NCBI GenBank assembly: GCA_964493715.1
Contig: CAZBPC010000010.1
Location: 278-64,277, forward strand
Direction: 5' to 3'
Origin: an uncultured archaeon
Lineage (GTDB): Archaea > Asgardarchaeota > Lokiarchaeia > Sigyniarchaeales > SOKP01
Length of the DNA: 64,000 nucleotides
Below are positions 29,984 to 39,923 of this stretch, in pieces. Within the stretch, counting starts at the first letter, position 1. Each line of letters starts with the position of its first letter. Made by a program: the position numbers and the translations under genes. The notes beneath the pieces were generated by a model. That model was not told where the DNA came from. It did no database searches and saw only the letters and a list, made by a program, of their open reading frames with translations.

Positions 29984-30942
29984 TGACTAATAATGAATAC
30001 CCCGAAGAAATTTTGCAGAGTTTGGAGGATTACAATATCGATATTCGTGATTTTCTCCCAGGTCACGGGAATGGGGCTAAATTATTGTTAGACTTCAACA
30101 AGATCTCAGGTATTGAGCAAGTTGAGGGAATATTATTAAAAGGGAGAGAAATAAAAAACGGGATAGTTGCTGATGTTATTATCAAGGAAGGGACCCATCA
30201 TGAAGAGCCTATTCATTTATGCTTTGGGGTCAATAAAGAATCGGGGATTCAAGAGATTTTTCCAAGAATTATTGCTGAGGATAATACTGATGTGAAAATT
30301 CAAGCCCACTGCAGTTTTCCAAAAGCAAATGGGTTGATCCATAAAATGTTTGGGCATTTTTATATTGGAAAAAATTGTAATTTTACATATAGCGAGACAC
30401 ATTATCATGGTGAAAATAGTGGGGCATTAGTAGCTCCAGTTGCAAATATGTATGTGGGAGAAAATAGTACCTTTGAAAATAATTTCAACTTGACAAAAGG
30501 AACCCCAGGAATAGTTAAGATCATGATTGACATATATGCAATGAGAAATTCAACAATCCGTTCTAACATTCGAGCTTTTGGAAAAAGTAAAAAGGATTCT
30601 ATTAGAATTAGAGATTCAATATTTCTTGAGGGTGAAAACGCTAAGAGTTTGATTAAAATGAAAGCAGCTGCTAGAGATGGGGGGGAAGTTTTAATGTACG
30701 GAATAACAGAAGGAAATGCGCCACACTGCAACGGGCATGTAGAATGTAATGAGATAGTATTAGGAAAAGGGTCAATTTGTAGAGCACGTCCATTTATTCG
30801 AGCGACAGACCCAACTTCAAGTGTCTCCCATGAAGCTTCATTGGGAAGATTTCCTCAGAAGTGGTTAGATGAGTTACAAGCTAAAGGATTAACAGAACAA
30901 GAAGCGACTGATATTCTAATTGAAGCAATGCTAAGTGAATGA
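29983..30942 (+). CDS. sufB: Short SufB/SufD-family Fe-S assembly scaffold
   Basis: 319 aa. C-terminal SHEASLGRFPQKWLDELQAKGLTEQEATDILIEAML matches the conserved SufB/D C-terminal block. Translationally coupled to sufC. Confidence 0.75.
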   Translation: MTNNEYPEEILQSLEDYNIDIRDFLPGHGNGAKLLLDFNKISGIEQVEGILLKGREIKNGIVADVIIKEGTHHEEPIHLCFGVNKESGIQEIFPRIIAEDNTDVKIQAHCSFPKANGLIHKMFGHFYIGKNCNFTYSETHYHGENSGALVAPVANMYVGENSTFENNFNLTKGTPGIVKIMIDIYAMRNSTIRSNIRAFGKSKKDSIRIRDSIFLEGENAKSLIKMKAAARDGGEVLMYGITEGNAPHCNGHVECNEIVLGKGSICRARPFIRATDPTSSVSHEASLGRFPQKWLDELQAKGLTEQEATDILIEAMLSE

Positions 30943-30978
30943 TAAATATTTAAAAAATAATAAAAACGTGTAAGAAAA

Positions 30979-31494
30979 ATGGCTAAAGGATTAAAGATAG
31001 GAGATGATGCTCCACTTTTCAGATTGGAGTCTTATAATGCAGGAGTTATTGATTTGGGAGAGTTAATAGGATCTCAGAAGATTGTGATAATATTTTCAAG
31101 ATATTTCGGTTGTCCAATATGTCAGGTCGACTTAAATAAACTCCTTATTAATGTGAATGATATTGAACAAAAACGAGCTAAGTTGTTATACATCACTCAA
31201 TCAAGTGAGGAAATAGCAAAAAAATTCATTAAGGAGAAAAATATTACATTTCCCGTGATTCCGTCTTCAAAAGAGGAATTATATGCTACTTATGGATTAG
31301 GGCTCATGACAGCAGGAGCATTTGCAAAAGTGAGAAGCAAACTAAAGGAAGCAAAACAAGAAGGAATTGAACATGGTGAATTTGAAGGTTGGGAAAAACA
31401 AGGTCCCGGTCAATTTGTTATCGATCAGAGCGGAAAGATAATTCACGAGCAATCAGGTTGGCTGGATATTCCATCCATACTTGAAGTTTTATAA
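30979..31494 (+). CDS. Thioredoxin-fold AhpC/TSA-like (peroxiredoxin-like) protein
   Basis: KIVIIFSRYFGCPICQ has a CxxC in the position typical of redoxin-family proteins. 171 aa. Confidence 0.6.
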   Translation: MAKGLKIGDDAPLFRLESYNAGVIDLGELIGSQKIVIIFSRYFGCPICQVDLNKLLINVNDIEQKRAKLLYITQSSEEIAKKFIKEKNITFPVIPSSKEELYATYGLGLMTAGAFAKVRSKLKEAKQEGIEHGEFEGWEKQGPGQFVIDQSGKIIHEQSGWLDIPSILEVL

Positions 31495-31527
31495 TAATTA
31501 ATTTTAAAAACGTTTTTATCAAAAAAA

Positions 31528-32154
31528 ATGAAGGAAACCTCAAAATATAGTTCATATCGTTTTGTTGGAACAATCAAGATCGATGAGATCATGCCTTGGT
31601 TTGACTTTGATAAAGGAAAACCTTGGGATGAAAGTGAAGTACCTTGGGTATTGGAAAATAAAGTAAGGAGGGAAATATTACTCAAACTCGCTCATCAAGG
31701 TCCTCAAGATTTTGAAGGTATATGCGAACAAATTAATTTTTCACCAAATCCATTGTTAATAAACCCTAAAGAATACAAAGTCAATGTGAATTATCAGTGG
31801 GATAGAGAAGTTATTCAAAATCACTTAATTATTCTTGAATGGTATGGATTAATTCAGTTAGATGGGCAAAAATATATAGTAACATTTCCAGTATTAACAA
31901 TTAATGATTTAGATATTTTAGAAAGATGCACAATAAAAATTGCTCACCATTGGATCGATATAATCCACAAATTGAAATTAGAATTAGAAGAACAAAACAT
32001 AAAATACGAAATATTAATAGAAAAAACTGTAGATCAACTATATTCCCTTCTTAAAAAGGATAAAATGCTTCCTAACACTCCCAATATCAAAAACATTTGG
32101 GCAGAACAACTTCGAGCTATTAAATTTGAAGATTGGGTGAAAATGAATTTCTGA
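31528..32154 (+). CDS. Hypothetical protein with an ArsR-like winged-helix segment
   Basis: VRREILLKLAHQGPQDFEGICEQINFSP resembles a wHTH. The rest is unassigned. Confidence 0.45.
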   Translation: MKETSKYSSYRFVGTIKIDEIMPWFDFDKGKPWDESEVPWVLENKVRREILLKLAHQGPQDFEGICEQINFSPNPLLINPKEYKVNVNYQWDREVIQNHLIILEWYGLIQLDGQKYIVTFPVLTINDLDILERCTIKIAHHWIDIIHKLKLELEEQNIKYEILIEKTVDQLYSLLKKDKMLPNTPNIKNIWAEQLRAIKFEDWVKMNF

Positions 32155-32663
32155 ATTTTTTTATTGATAAACCGAAAAAATTTTTTCGTGTACTTTTTTT
32201 TCTCATTTCTAATATATTCAACGGGTAATCTAAACATTACATCATAAGATATCATCACAATACTACGTCGATATCACTTAGTTTCAAAAGAAAAGCTCAT
32301 ATGATTTTTATATACATGTGGATATTTCTCCGGTAGTATCGAGATATTTCCATAAAATAGGATATGGAATTATTTTCTGTGTGTGATGACATTTGATAAG
32401 TTCTGATTTTGGTAGTGAGTTAACTCTAAATTTAAGAAGTCTATTTGATAATAATAGTCGTAATGAAGTTAAAGCTCAAGCAGACAATCAGCAAAGTAAA
32501 ACTGTTGCTGATAACCTAATTCTAATGAATGAGATTAAAGCAATATTACGAGAATGTAGTCATCTAAATCCAGAACAGCGATTGATGTATTGCCAGAGCC
32601 AAAGATATTTTATGAAACTCTATTTGAGGGAAGTAAATAAACAAGGATAAATTCAGAGAACTA

Positions 32664-33014
32664 TTAGAAAAATCCAATATGTCCAAGATTATTCCCATTT
32701 TCATCTAATGCATATATCAATCCCATTGAGACGGGCTGCTCGGTAGATTGACGCGTTTTTGCTACTGCCTTTAAAGTTTCAAGCTTTAATATAAAGGACC
32801 TGTTACATTTATGACACTTAATATGTATTAGTTTCGTTGATTTCTTCTCATCCTCATATTCTTCTTTTTTAAAAGGTTCAAGAAGATTGATATCCTTGTT
32901 ATCACAATTTTTTAAGAAACATTGATCGAGGCTTAACTTTTCCATTCCACGTCGTGCTAATGAAACATAGGCAGTACCTGGAATTTCACGCCAAAGGTCG
33001 TCACTTTCAGTCAT
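32664..33014 (-). CDS. Hypothetical protein
   Basis: 116-aa ORF with an ATG start. No family recognised. Confidence 0.4.
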   Translation of the reverse strand: MTESDDLWREIPGTAYVSLARRGMEKLSLDQCFLKNCDNKDINLLEPFKKEEYEDEKKSTKLIHIKCHKCNRSFILKLETLKAVAKTRQSTEQPVSMGLIYALDENGNNLGHIGFF

Positions 33015-33162
33015 ATTCTACTGAACGTACAATCACTTTTTATATTATTCATTATATTTTGCAAATTTGACAGCAGTGTTGGAATATATAATTGGTAGGA
33101 ATAAGCTTATTTATTAGTATTAACTTTTTTCTTCAACATATCTAAATTCAATTTGTTCAAAT

Positions 33163-33468
33163 ATGTCGAATAACGAAGGATTTTCTGAAGATATCTTAGA
33201 ACACGTTTCCAAGTTAGCTTTACTTGATCTAACTGAAGAAGAAAAAGAAAAATTTTCGCAACAGCTTACCGATCTACTTAATTATTTCAAGAAATTAAAT
33301 GATTTAGATACTTCTAATGTTGAACCTATGATTCACCCAATCGAAGGTTTAAAAAATGTATTTCGAGAAGATGAGACTTGGGATTCATTAACAAATAAGG
33401 AAGCACTACAAAATGCAAAAAATACACGCGAGGGATTTTTTAAGGCTCCTCGAATATTAAAGGATTAG
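33163..33468 (+). CDS. gatC: Asp/Glu-tRNA amidotransferase subunit C
   Basis: HVSKLALLDLTEEEKEKFSQQLTDLLNYFKKLNDLDTSNVEPMIHP is the canonical GatC pattern. About 100 aa. Confidence 0.85.
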   Translation: MSNNEGFSEDILEHVSKLALLDLTEEEKEKFSQQLTDLLNYFKKLNDLDTSNVEPMIHPIEGLKNVFREDETWDSLTNKEALQNAKNTREGFFKAPRILKD

Positions 33469-33469
33469 T

Positions 33470-34471
33470 TTACTCTTTATATTCCTTTGTTAAAAGCTCA
33501 ATGGCTTTTTCCATATCTTTTAATGCCCGCTTTCGTTCCTTGGGAGTCATATTATAAAAATCATCAGCTGAATCTCTTCCTATCTTTTCCGATTGTGCTG
33601 CAGGTTTAAATTTCTTATATACTAGCGCATTAATGTAGCGATCATAATATCCTATCGCTTTATTTAATTCTACTGAATCTTTAATTTTATCCCATAGTTC
33701 TAAAGTTTCAAGGGATCGAATCCCGATATCAATCCTAAAATAACTGATTGGAAAGAGAATTTTTCTTTTTATGCCGTATTCGATCACATTGATGTTCTCT
33801 TCATCGATATAAAGTTCCGGTAACTCTTCCTTGCTAAAAACGATATTATCACTCACAATATATAAATTTGCAGCATTACTAGAAGTACACACAAGACCTA
33901 CAGCAAACCCTTTTGCTAATCTTAACCGATTTATTAAATCCTCTAACTTTGAGCCTTTTATGTGAAGATTATCTACCTTGGATCCCTGAAATTCAAATTT
34001 AATCGTTTGAACCCCTTTTTCGTTAAGAGTTATGGTTGGAAATAGATTTTTTTCCCTCGAACGTTTATGGGCTTCCATTAAACTGTTAATAATCTTGTAA
34101 TCTAACTTAAGGTCAGGAATGACCTGTTTTTTAGCTTCTAAAAAAGCTGTCACTTCGAAGTCAGCAATTCCATAGAAAATTTTTTGATTGTTGATAATTT
34201 GATAGATAATTTTTATAATTGCATCAGTTAAAGCCTCGGGATCTTCTCGAATCGAATCATACTCAGTTGTTGTAAAGGTGTCTATTTGATCGGCTAAACC
34301 TTCTTCTTCATAGAATTGAGCCCAAGACATTTCAGTGTAAATATTACCCTCATTATAGAAATTATGATTAGTATCAATGCTGATGATAGATTTAGAACCA
34401 CCAAGTGATACTCCTTTAATTGTTCCCGAAGCAAGAATGCTATTAGGAGGATTATAAAAAGTAAGGGGCAA
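33470..34471 (-). CDS. Hypothetical protein
   Basis: 333-aa ORF with no competing frame. No family recognised. Confidence 0.45.
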   Translation of the reverse strand: MPLTFYNPPNSILASGTIKGVSLGGSKSIISIDTNHNFYNEGNIYTEMSWAQFYEEEGLADQIDTFTTTEYDSIREDPEALTDAIIKIIYQIINNQKIFYGIADFEVTAFLEAKKQVIPDLKLDYKIINSLMEAHKRSREKNLFPTITLNEKGVQTIKFEFQGSKVDNLHIKGSKLEDLINRLRLAKGFAVGLVCTSSNAANLYIVSDNIVFSKEELPELYIDEENINVIEYGIKRKILFPISYFRIDIGIRSLETLELWDKIKDSVELNKAIGYYDRYINALVYKKFKPAAQSEKIGRDSADDFYNMTPKERKRALKDMEKAIELLTKEYKE

Positions 34472-34516
34472 GGATTATTTCACATGTATTTTATTTTGAG
34501 TATTCTAATTGTCATT

Positions 34517-34801
34517 TTATGTATTATCACTTTTAATTTCTTTTGATTCATCCTTTTCTAATGTTTTTTCGCATTTATCAATATCAACTATTAATCTTCC
34601 TATTTCTAACATTAAATCTCTAAAAGTAATTTTTTCTTTTTCTGGAATACAAGATTCGTATGTATCTACTTTAAAAGAATTAATATCAATTCTATTAAGG
34701 TCAATAACTTGTTTTATATTTGTGCTTCTGCAACCTATTTTAGGAATATAAATTCTAGAAATATAAGTTAACCCGTTTTGTAGTAACGCGTTAGAATTCA
34801 A
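34517..34801 (-). CDS. Hypothetical small protein (uncertain)
   Basis: 94-aa ORF with a TTG start. Charged composition is more protein-like than the overlapping plus-strand ORF 34509..34751. Confidence 0.3.
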   Translation of the reverse strand: MNSNALLQNGLTYISRIYIPKIGCRSTNIKQVIDLNRIDINSFKVDTYESCIPEKEKITFRDLMLEIGRLIVDIDKCEKTLEKDESKEIKSDNT

Positions 34802-34904
34802 AAAATAAGATAATTTTAGATGAACAATTTTTTAAATTAAGATATCATATTAATAATTAAACACATTTTCCATATATGTAATTACTATGATTATTAGAGC
34901 ATAG

Positions 34905-36302
34905 GTGCAGATATTGAGTGATTATGATATAGTAATAATCGGTAGTGGTGTAGGTGGCACTGCTGTAGGGGCTCTTTTAGCTACTAAAAATTTAAATACG
35001 CTTGTTATCGAGCATAATGAAATGATCGGGGGCAGATGTAGTACTTATGAAAAAGATGGTTTCAAAATTGATGTTGGAGTCCATTCTTTTGCTAGATCGG
35101 ATAAAGGTCCACTTGGTAAAGTATTAGAGATGATTGGTATGAGGGGTGCCATCGATTGGAGCATATTAGGGCAAGGAGAGTCACGTTGGTATTATAAAGG
35201 TAATTTTTATGGATTTCCAGAAGATTTCAGGAAATTTATTCCTAAAGAAGAACTAATAAAATTACTAAGTCTAATTACTGAGGTTTCTAAAATGAAAGAT
35301 ACTAGTAGATTAGATGAAATTGATGTTAAATCGTGGTTAACTCAATATACGAACAATGCATTAATACATAGGTACTTTTACATCATTTCAGGATTGTATT
35401 TTGTAATACCCTATCATCAAGTTTCCACAGGGGAATTCATCAGATGTTTAACTTCCCTTAATAAGTATCAGAGAGTTGGTTATCCAAAAGGAGGATGTAT
35501 CTCGATTCCTTTAGCTTATGTTGAGGGAATAAAAAAGATGGGAGGTAAAATTTTAACAAAGACTACGGCAAACAAAATTGTGGTAGAAGACGGAAAAGTA
35601 AAAGGGGTTGAGCTTGATAATGGAGAGTTTATTTCCTCAAATATTGTTATCTCTAATGCTGGAATTAAAGATACAGTAAATACGCTAGTAGGAAGAGAGC
35701 ATTTCGAGAGTGCTTTTCTTCAGAAAGTAGATAATCTCTTATACTCGTTAAGTGCAATTACATTAAAACTTGCTCTAAAAAAGTCAATAACACCCTATAA
35801 AATGGTTGTATCTTTTAGTTCAGAAGACGTGGAAGAATATTATAGTCAAATGTCGAAAGGTAAAGTACCTAATGAAATTGACTTCTTTATTCCTATACCG
35901 TCAAATTATCATAGTATTATGGCTCCAAAGGAAAATCAATTACTAACTGCAGGTACGATAGTCCTTCGTGAAAATTTTAAAAAAAATAAAAAAGAGTGGA
36001 TCGAAAACTCTTTAACTACTCTTGAAAGAGTATTTCCAGGATTATCTAATAACCTTCTTTGGTATGATGTAACAACACCAGAAGATATTGATTTAATGTA
36101 TGGCAAACAAGGCGCTGTTGTAGGGATTGCCCAGACTAATAACCAATCAGGAATAAATAGACCATCGGTAGCTTTACCAATAGAGGGTTTATATATGGTT
36201 GGTGGAGACGCGGGTGGTTGGGGCATTGGTACTGAGCTTGCAGCTATGAGTGCTATTGAGTGTTCAAATGCAATCTTAGAGAAAGCTTTAAGCCAAAAAT
36301 GA
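34905..36302 (+). CDS. FAD-dependent oxidoreductase (phytoene desaturase/amine oxidase-like)
   Basis: N-terminal dinucleotide fold DIVIIGSGVGGTAVGALLA...VIEHNEMIGGR and C-terminal GLYMVGGDAG. GTG start. Confidence 0.75.
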   Translation: MQILSDYDIVIIGSGVGGTAVGALLATKNLNTLVIEHNEMIGGRCSTYEKDGFKIDVGVHSFARSDKGPLGKVLEMIGMRGAIDWSILGQGESRWYYKGNFYGFPEDFRKFIPKEELIKLLSLITEVSKMKDTSRLDEIDVKSWLTQYTNNALIHRYFYIISGLYFVIPYHQVSTGEFIRCLTSLNKYQRVGYPKGGCISIPLAYVEGIKKMGGKILTKTTANKIVVEDGKVKGVELDNGEFISSNIVISNAGIKDTVNTLVGREHFESAFLQKVDNLLYSLSAITLKLALKKSITPYKMVVSFSSEDVEEYYSQMSKGKVPNEIDFFIPIPSNYHSIMAPKENQLLTAGTIVLRENFKKNKKEWIENSLTTLERVFPGLSNNLLWYDVTTPEDIDLMYGKQGAVVGIAQTNNQSGINRPSVALPIEGLYMVGGDAGGWGIGTELAAMSAIECSNAILEKALSQK

Positions 36303-36389
36303 GGTCCATTAAAAAAGAGAATTTATTTTTTGAATAGTCTTTTTTGATTAGTTCCAATCGTAAATATAGGATTTAATCGAGGACATATT

Positions 36390-37026
36390 ATGGGAATTGA
36401 CATTGGTGTCAATAACCTTCTATTTACCTAAGCAACGTCGTATTATCCCCGATAATTTTAAAGGGAAGGTTATTAAGTCAATTAATCAATTTGCGAATAA
36501 ATAGATTGCACATTTAAACTCCATTTTAAAAAAATCTGGTTTAAAAGAACCTAACGCTCAAATGAAACTTATGTATCAGAAACGGGAAAATTGTATCCAC
36601 GATTTTTTCGACAAAAATACTCGGTACTTAATTAATCATTGTATTCAGCATAATATTGGCAGAATAATCATAGGATACAATCCAGGATGGAAACAATATG
36701 TTAAAATAGCTAAACGTAACACTCAGAACTCCGTCAATATTCCATTCCTTAGGTTAATTAAACTGATATTATACAAGGCATCACTGGTTGGTATTCAAGT
36801 AGATATAGTAGAGGAATCATACACTTCTCAAATTTGTTATAGGTGCGGGAGATGTAGGAAGACAAACAGGAAATATCGTGGATTATATGTGTGTGATGAA
36901 TGTGACCTCGTAATTAATTCTGATGTCAACAGAGCTATAAATATCGTTCATAAATTAGAAGCTGAAACATTTAAAGATTATTACGCCATGAATACGCTTT
37001 TCCGTCCAATTTCAATTAAATTTTAA
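36390..37026 (+). pseudogene. tnpB: Decayed IS200/IS605-family TnpB (5'-truncated, with stops and frameshifts)
   Basis: MGIDIGVNNL (RuvC-I) at 36390 is followed by stops. The frame-shifted pieces GKVIKSINQFANK and 36562..37026 carry ESYTSQICYRCGRC...CDECDLVINSDVNRAINI (zinc finger plus RuvC-III). The N-terminal portion upstream of the RuvC-I motif and any tnpA are absent. Confidence 0.75.
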
Positions 37027-37050
37027 TACCGAATTAAAAAATAAACCCGA

Positions 37051-37066
37051 ATCCACACATGTGGAT
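37051..37066. repeat. Imperfect palindrome ATCCACACATGTGGAT just 3' of the TnpB relic (possible IS right-end hairpin)
   Basis: 7-bp arms read directly, 25 nt after the tnpB stop. IS200/IS605 ends carry subterminal hairpins. Confidence 0.3.
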
Positions 37067-37107
37067 AGGAATAAAGGCGTTGTTTCGCCCCGACAAAAAA
37101 AAAGACA

Positions 37108-39726
37108 TCAATTATTCATGATTGGTAAACGAACAATAAAAGTTGAACCCTTATTTTTTCCTGCAGATTGTGCGGTTATCGTACCACCATGCAATTCTAC
37201 AATAGCTTTTGAAATGTGCAATCCAAGACCAGTACTTCCTAAATCTATATCTTCTTTATCATTATTGGAGGGATTTTCTATTTTAGTAAACCTTTTAAAA
37301 AGCTTTTCTATTTCTTCGTTTGTCAGTCCGATTCCAGTATCCTCTATTTTTAATTCAGCGTAATCTTCTCTTTTTTCTAATTCAATAAATATTTTTCCTT
37401 CATGTGGAGTGTATTTGATAGAGTTTGTTAGCAAATTAGTTAATGTTAATTCAATTCGTAAGGGATCTACTTTAACGATTAACTCATCAGGTAAAATTAA
37501 TTCGATTTTTTGATCTTTTTGGTTTGTGAGATAATTTAATTCGTTCACACAATTCCTTATGAGTTCAGATAGGTTGGTTTCTTTTTTTTCAAGTTTAACC
37601 ATCCGGGATTCTAATTTAGATACATTTAATAAGTCATCTACCAATTTTTTTAATCTTTTTGTTCCACTAAATGCCATTTCAAGCAGTTCAAGCACTTCCG
37701 TATCAAATCTATCCATATATAATGTATTTAATAATTGATACGCACCATATACTATCGTAATTGGAGTTTTTAATTCATGAGAAGCACGATCTATAAATTC
37801 ACGACGCATTCCATCTAATTCCTTCAGTTTTTCTTCGGCTTTCTTTTTTGATGAGATATCGAGCCCCATAACTATAACAAACACTTGATCTCCAATTTTC
37901 ATTAATGATGATTCTATATTCGCCCAAATTTGAGTTCCATCTTTCCGTAAAAGTTGAATATCTAAAGGTGGTATTGATTCTCCTTTAGAGATTTTACCAA
38001 GACGTTCAAGAAGCAAGGGAATGTATTCCTTTTGAACGATTAATAGGTTACTATATTTTTTACCAATGATATCCCTTCTTTCATAACCAATTAATCTTTC
38101 TAGAGCAGAATTACAATCAATGATCTTTCCAGAACGATCAATGAGTAAAATTGAAAATGGAGAATTCTGAAACAGAAATCGATATCTCTCCTCAGATTCT
38201 CGGAGATTTTCTTCAGCTTTTTTTTTCTCACTTGTATTATTGAATGATATCAAGTATGCTGGTTTTTCTTCGAAGATAATTTTTTTGTAATAAACATCCA
38301 TCCAAATTACCTTTCCTGATTTATTAAGTGCTCTTGCTTCATATGATCGAATCCCTTCAGGAAAATCTTCATCGGGTAAGGTTGCTAATTCAATTACTTT
38401 CTTCTTATCCCCCGGATGGATTGTTTTAAAGAATTCTCCAGATTTCCAACCATCCATTTCTTTTTTAGAATATCCTAATAAATCTACAAGAACATTATTG
38501 ACATATTTTACCTTATCATCCTGAATTATGCAAATTCCAAGTAAGCTTTGTTCAGCTATTGTTCGAAATTTCTCTTCTGATTCCTTAATTTTCTCTTCAG
38601 CTTCCCTCAAGTCCGTGATATCATGAAGAATACTTCGACCACCTATTATTTTACCTTCATTATATATTGGACTAACAAAGGAACGCATATGAATATAAGT
38701 ACCGTCCTTTTTCTTTAACCTTACAATTTCAGGTTTTACCTCTTCACCCTTAAATAACCGATTTAAAATTTCTATAACCGTATTTTTCTCATCTGGATGT
38801 AGAAACTGAAAAACAGTCAATCCTCTCTTAAAATCTTCCTTGGAATAACCAAAAATTTCTGATGCCACTAAATTGGTGTAGATAAGATTGAAATCTAAAT
38901 CAATTTCAAATATTACTTCGGGAAGTGTATTTGCAAGTTCTTTGTATCTTTTTTGGGATTCTTGAAGTTTCTCTTCATACTTTATGCGTTCAGTGACATC
39001 TCTTGAAATAATCAAAACCTTGTTCATACCTTTTGAATCTTTAAACACTTTTCCATTTGATTCAAACCATAAATAATCTCCGTCTTTTCTTTTAATTCTA
39101 GCTGTTGCGATGCCTTCTCCGGTTTTTAAAACTTTTCTAAAACTTTTGCTAATCAGTACTCGGTCTTCAGGATGGACTAAATTTAAAGCATTAGAGTTTA
39201 GAATTTCAGATTCAGTATAGCCCATTTTTTTCAATTGAACTTGAGTATTTAAGTATTCAACCTTAAATTCTGAGTTAACAACGATTATTAAATCAACTGA
39301 ACTTTCAGTTAGTAGTTTAAGTTTTCCGTCTGATTCTTTCAATTTTTCTTCCAAATCCTTTATAGTATTCAAATCTTGCGTGATTACTTGTATTAGTTGA
39401 TTATCTCCAACTTTTATTAGTGATGCAACGATATTTAGCCATAACTTTTTTCCTTTATGTGTTGATATCTGAATGTCTTTTGGACCATAATTTCTGCTTG
39501 CAAGTACTTCTCCAACAAGATCCTTCATTTCATTAATAACATTTTCAGGTGATTTAAAAAGTTCTGTAAAATGTTTATGATGAATTGACTCTTTCTTTAT
39601 ATCGTAAATTTCTTCAGCTTTTGAATTAATTTCGACAATTTCACCATTTGAATTTAATATTATTATGGATAGAGGAGAATCTTTGAAGAGTGACTGATAT
39701 TTAATTTCAAATGGTTGTGGAGTCAT
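37108..39726 (-). CDS. Multi-PAS sensor histidine kinase
   Basis: About five PAS/PAC-like repeats, H-box ASHELKTPIT, N-box LTNLLTNSIKYTP, G1 EDTGIGL and G2 GSTGLGLHISK. Confidence 0.9.
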   Translation of the reverse strand: MTPQPFEIKYQSLFKDSPLSIIILNSNGEIVEINSKAEEIYDIKKESIHHKHFTELFKSPENVINEMKDLVGEVLASRNYGPKDIQISTHKGKKLWLNIVASLIKVGDNQLIQVITQDLNTIKDLEEKLKESDGKLKLLTESSVDLIIVVNSEFKVEYLNTQVQLKKMGYTESEILNSNALNLVHPEDRVLISKSFRKVLKTGEGIATARIKRKDGDYLWFESNGKVFKDSKGMNKVLIISRDVTERIKYEEKLQESQKRYKELANTLPEVIFEIDLDFNLIYTNLVASEIFGYSKEDFKRGLTVFQFLHPDEKNTVIEILNRLFKGEEVKPEIVRLKKKDGTYIHMRSFVSPIYNEGKIIGGRSILHDITDLREAEEKIKESEEKFRTIAEQSLLGICIIQDDKVKYVNNVLVDLLGYSKKEMDGWKSGEFFKTIHPGDKKKVIELATLPDEDFPEGIRSYEARALNKSGKVIWMDVYYKKIIFEEKPAYLISFNNTSEKKKAEENLRESEERYRFLFQNSPFSILLIDRSGKIIDCNSALERLIGYERRDIIGKKYSNLLIVQKEYIPLLLERLGKISKGESIPPLDIQLLRKDGTQIWANIESSLMKIGDQVFVIVMGLDISSKKKAEEKLKELDGMRREFIDRASHELKTPITIVYGAYQLLNTLYMDRFDTEVLELLEMAFSGTKRLKKLVDDLLNVSKLESRMVKLEKKETNLSELIRNCVNELNYLTNQKDQKIELILPDELIVKVDPLRIELTLTNLLTNSIKYTPHEGKIFIELEKREDYAELKIEDTGIGLTNEEIEKLFKRFTKIENPSNNDKEDIDLGSTGLGLHISKAIVELHGGTITAQSAGKNKGSTFIVRLPIMNN

Positions 39727-39923
39727 CTTTATATTATGAAATCATCCTAAATAATTGAGTCAAGCTTGACATATAGATAAGAAAAGATTGATTATTTAAT
39801 TCTTTCTTAATGCGAATCTCACCTTTCCAATATTATAAAATTTTATCATATCAATTATTACTAGATTAATTAGCTTATTTGTAATCAACTTAATTATCCC
39901 ACAATCAAAATTATATAATTTTA

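Noticed and set aside
32384-32460. Possible C/D-box sRNA: GTGATGA, 13 nt, then CTGA
   Set aside because: No credible C' box, no terminal D box (CTGA) at the expected distance and no terminal stem. Only half of the required architecture is present.
32393-32650. 85-aa ORF with a TTG start in the 32155-32663 gap
   Set aside because: No ATG until well inside the ORF, no recognisable motif and Gln/Asn-rich low-complexity content. Not enough support to call a gene. The 0.5-kb gap remains unexplained.
34509-34751. 80-aa plus-strand ORF overlapping 34517..34801
   Set aside because: Ser/Ile/Phe-rich low-complexity sequence. The minus-strand frame looks more protein-like, though it too is weak.
37061-37363. 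100-aa plus-strand ORF after the TnpB relic
   Set aside because: It is antisense to the HATPase_c end of the PAS histidine kinase (G1/G2 boxes on the minus strand).
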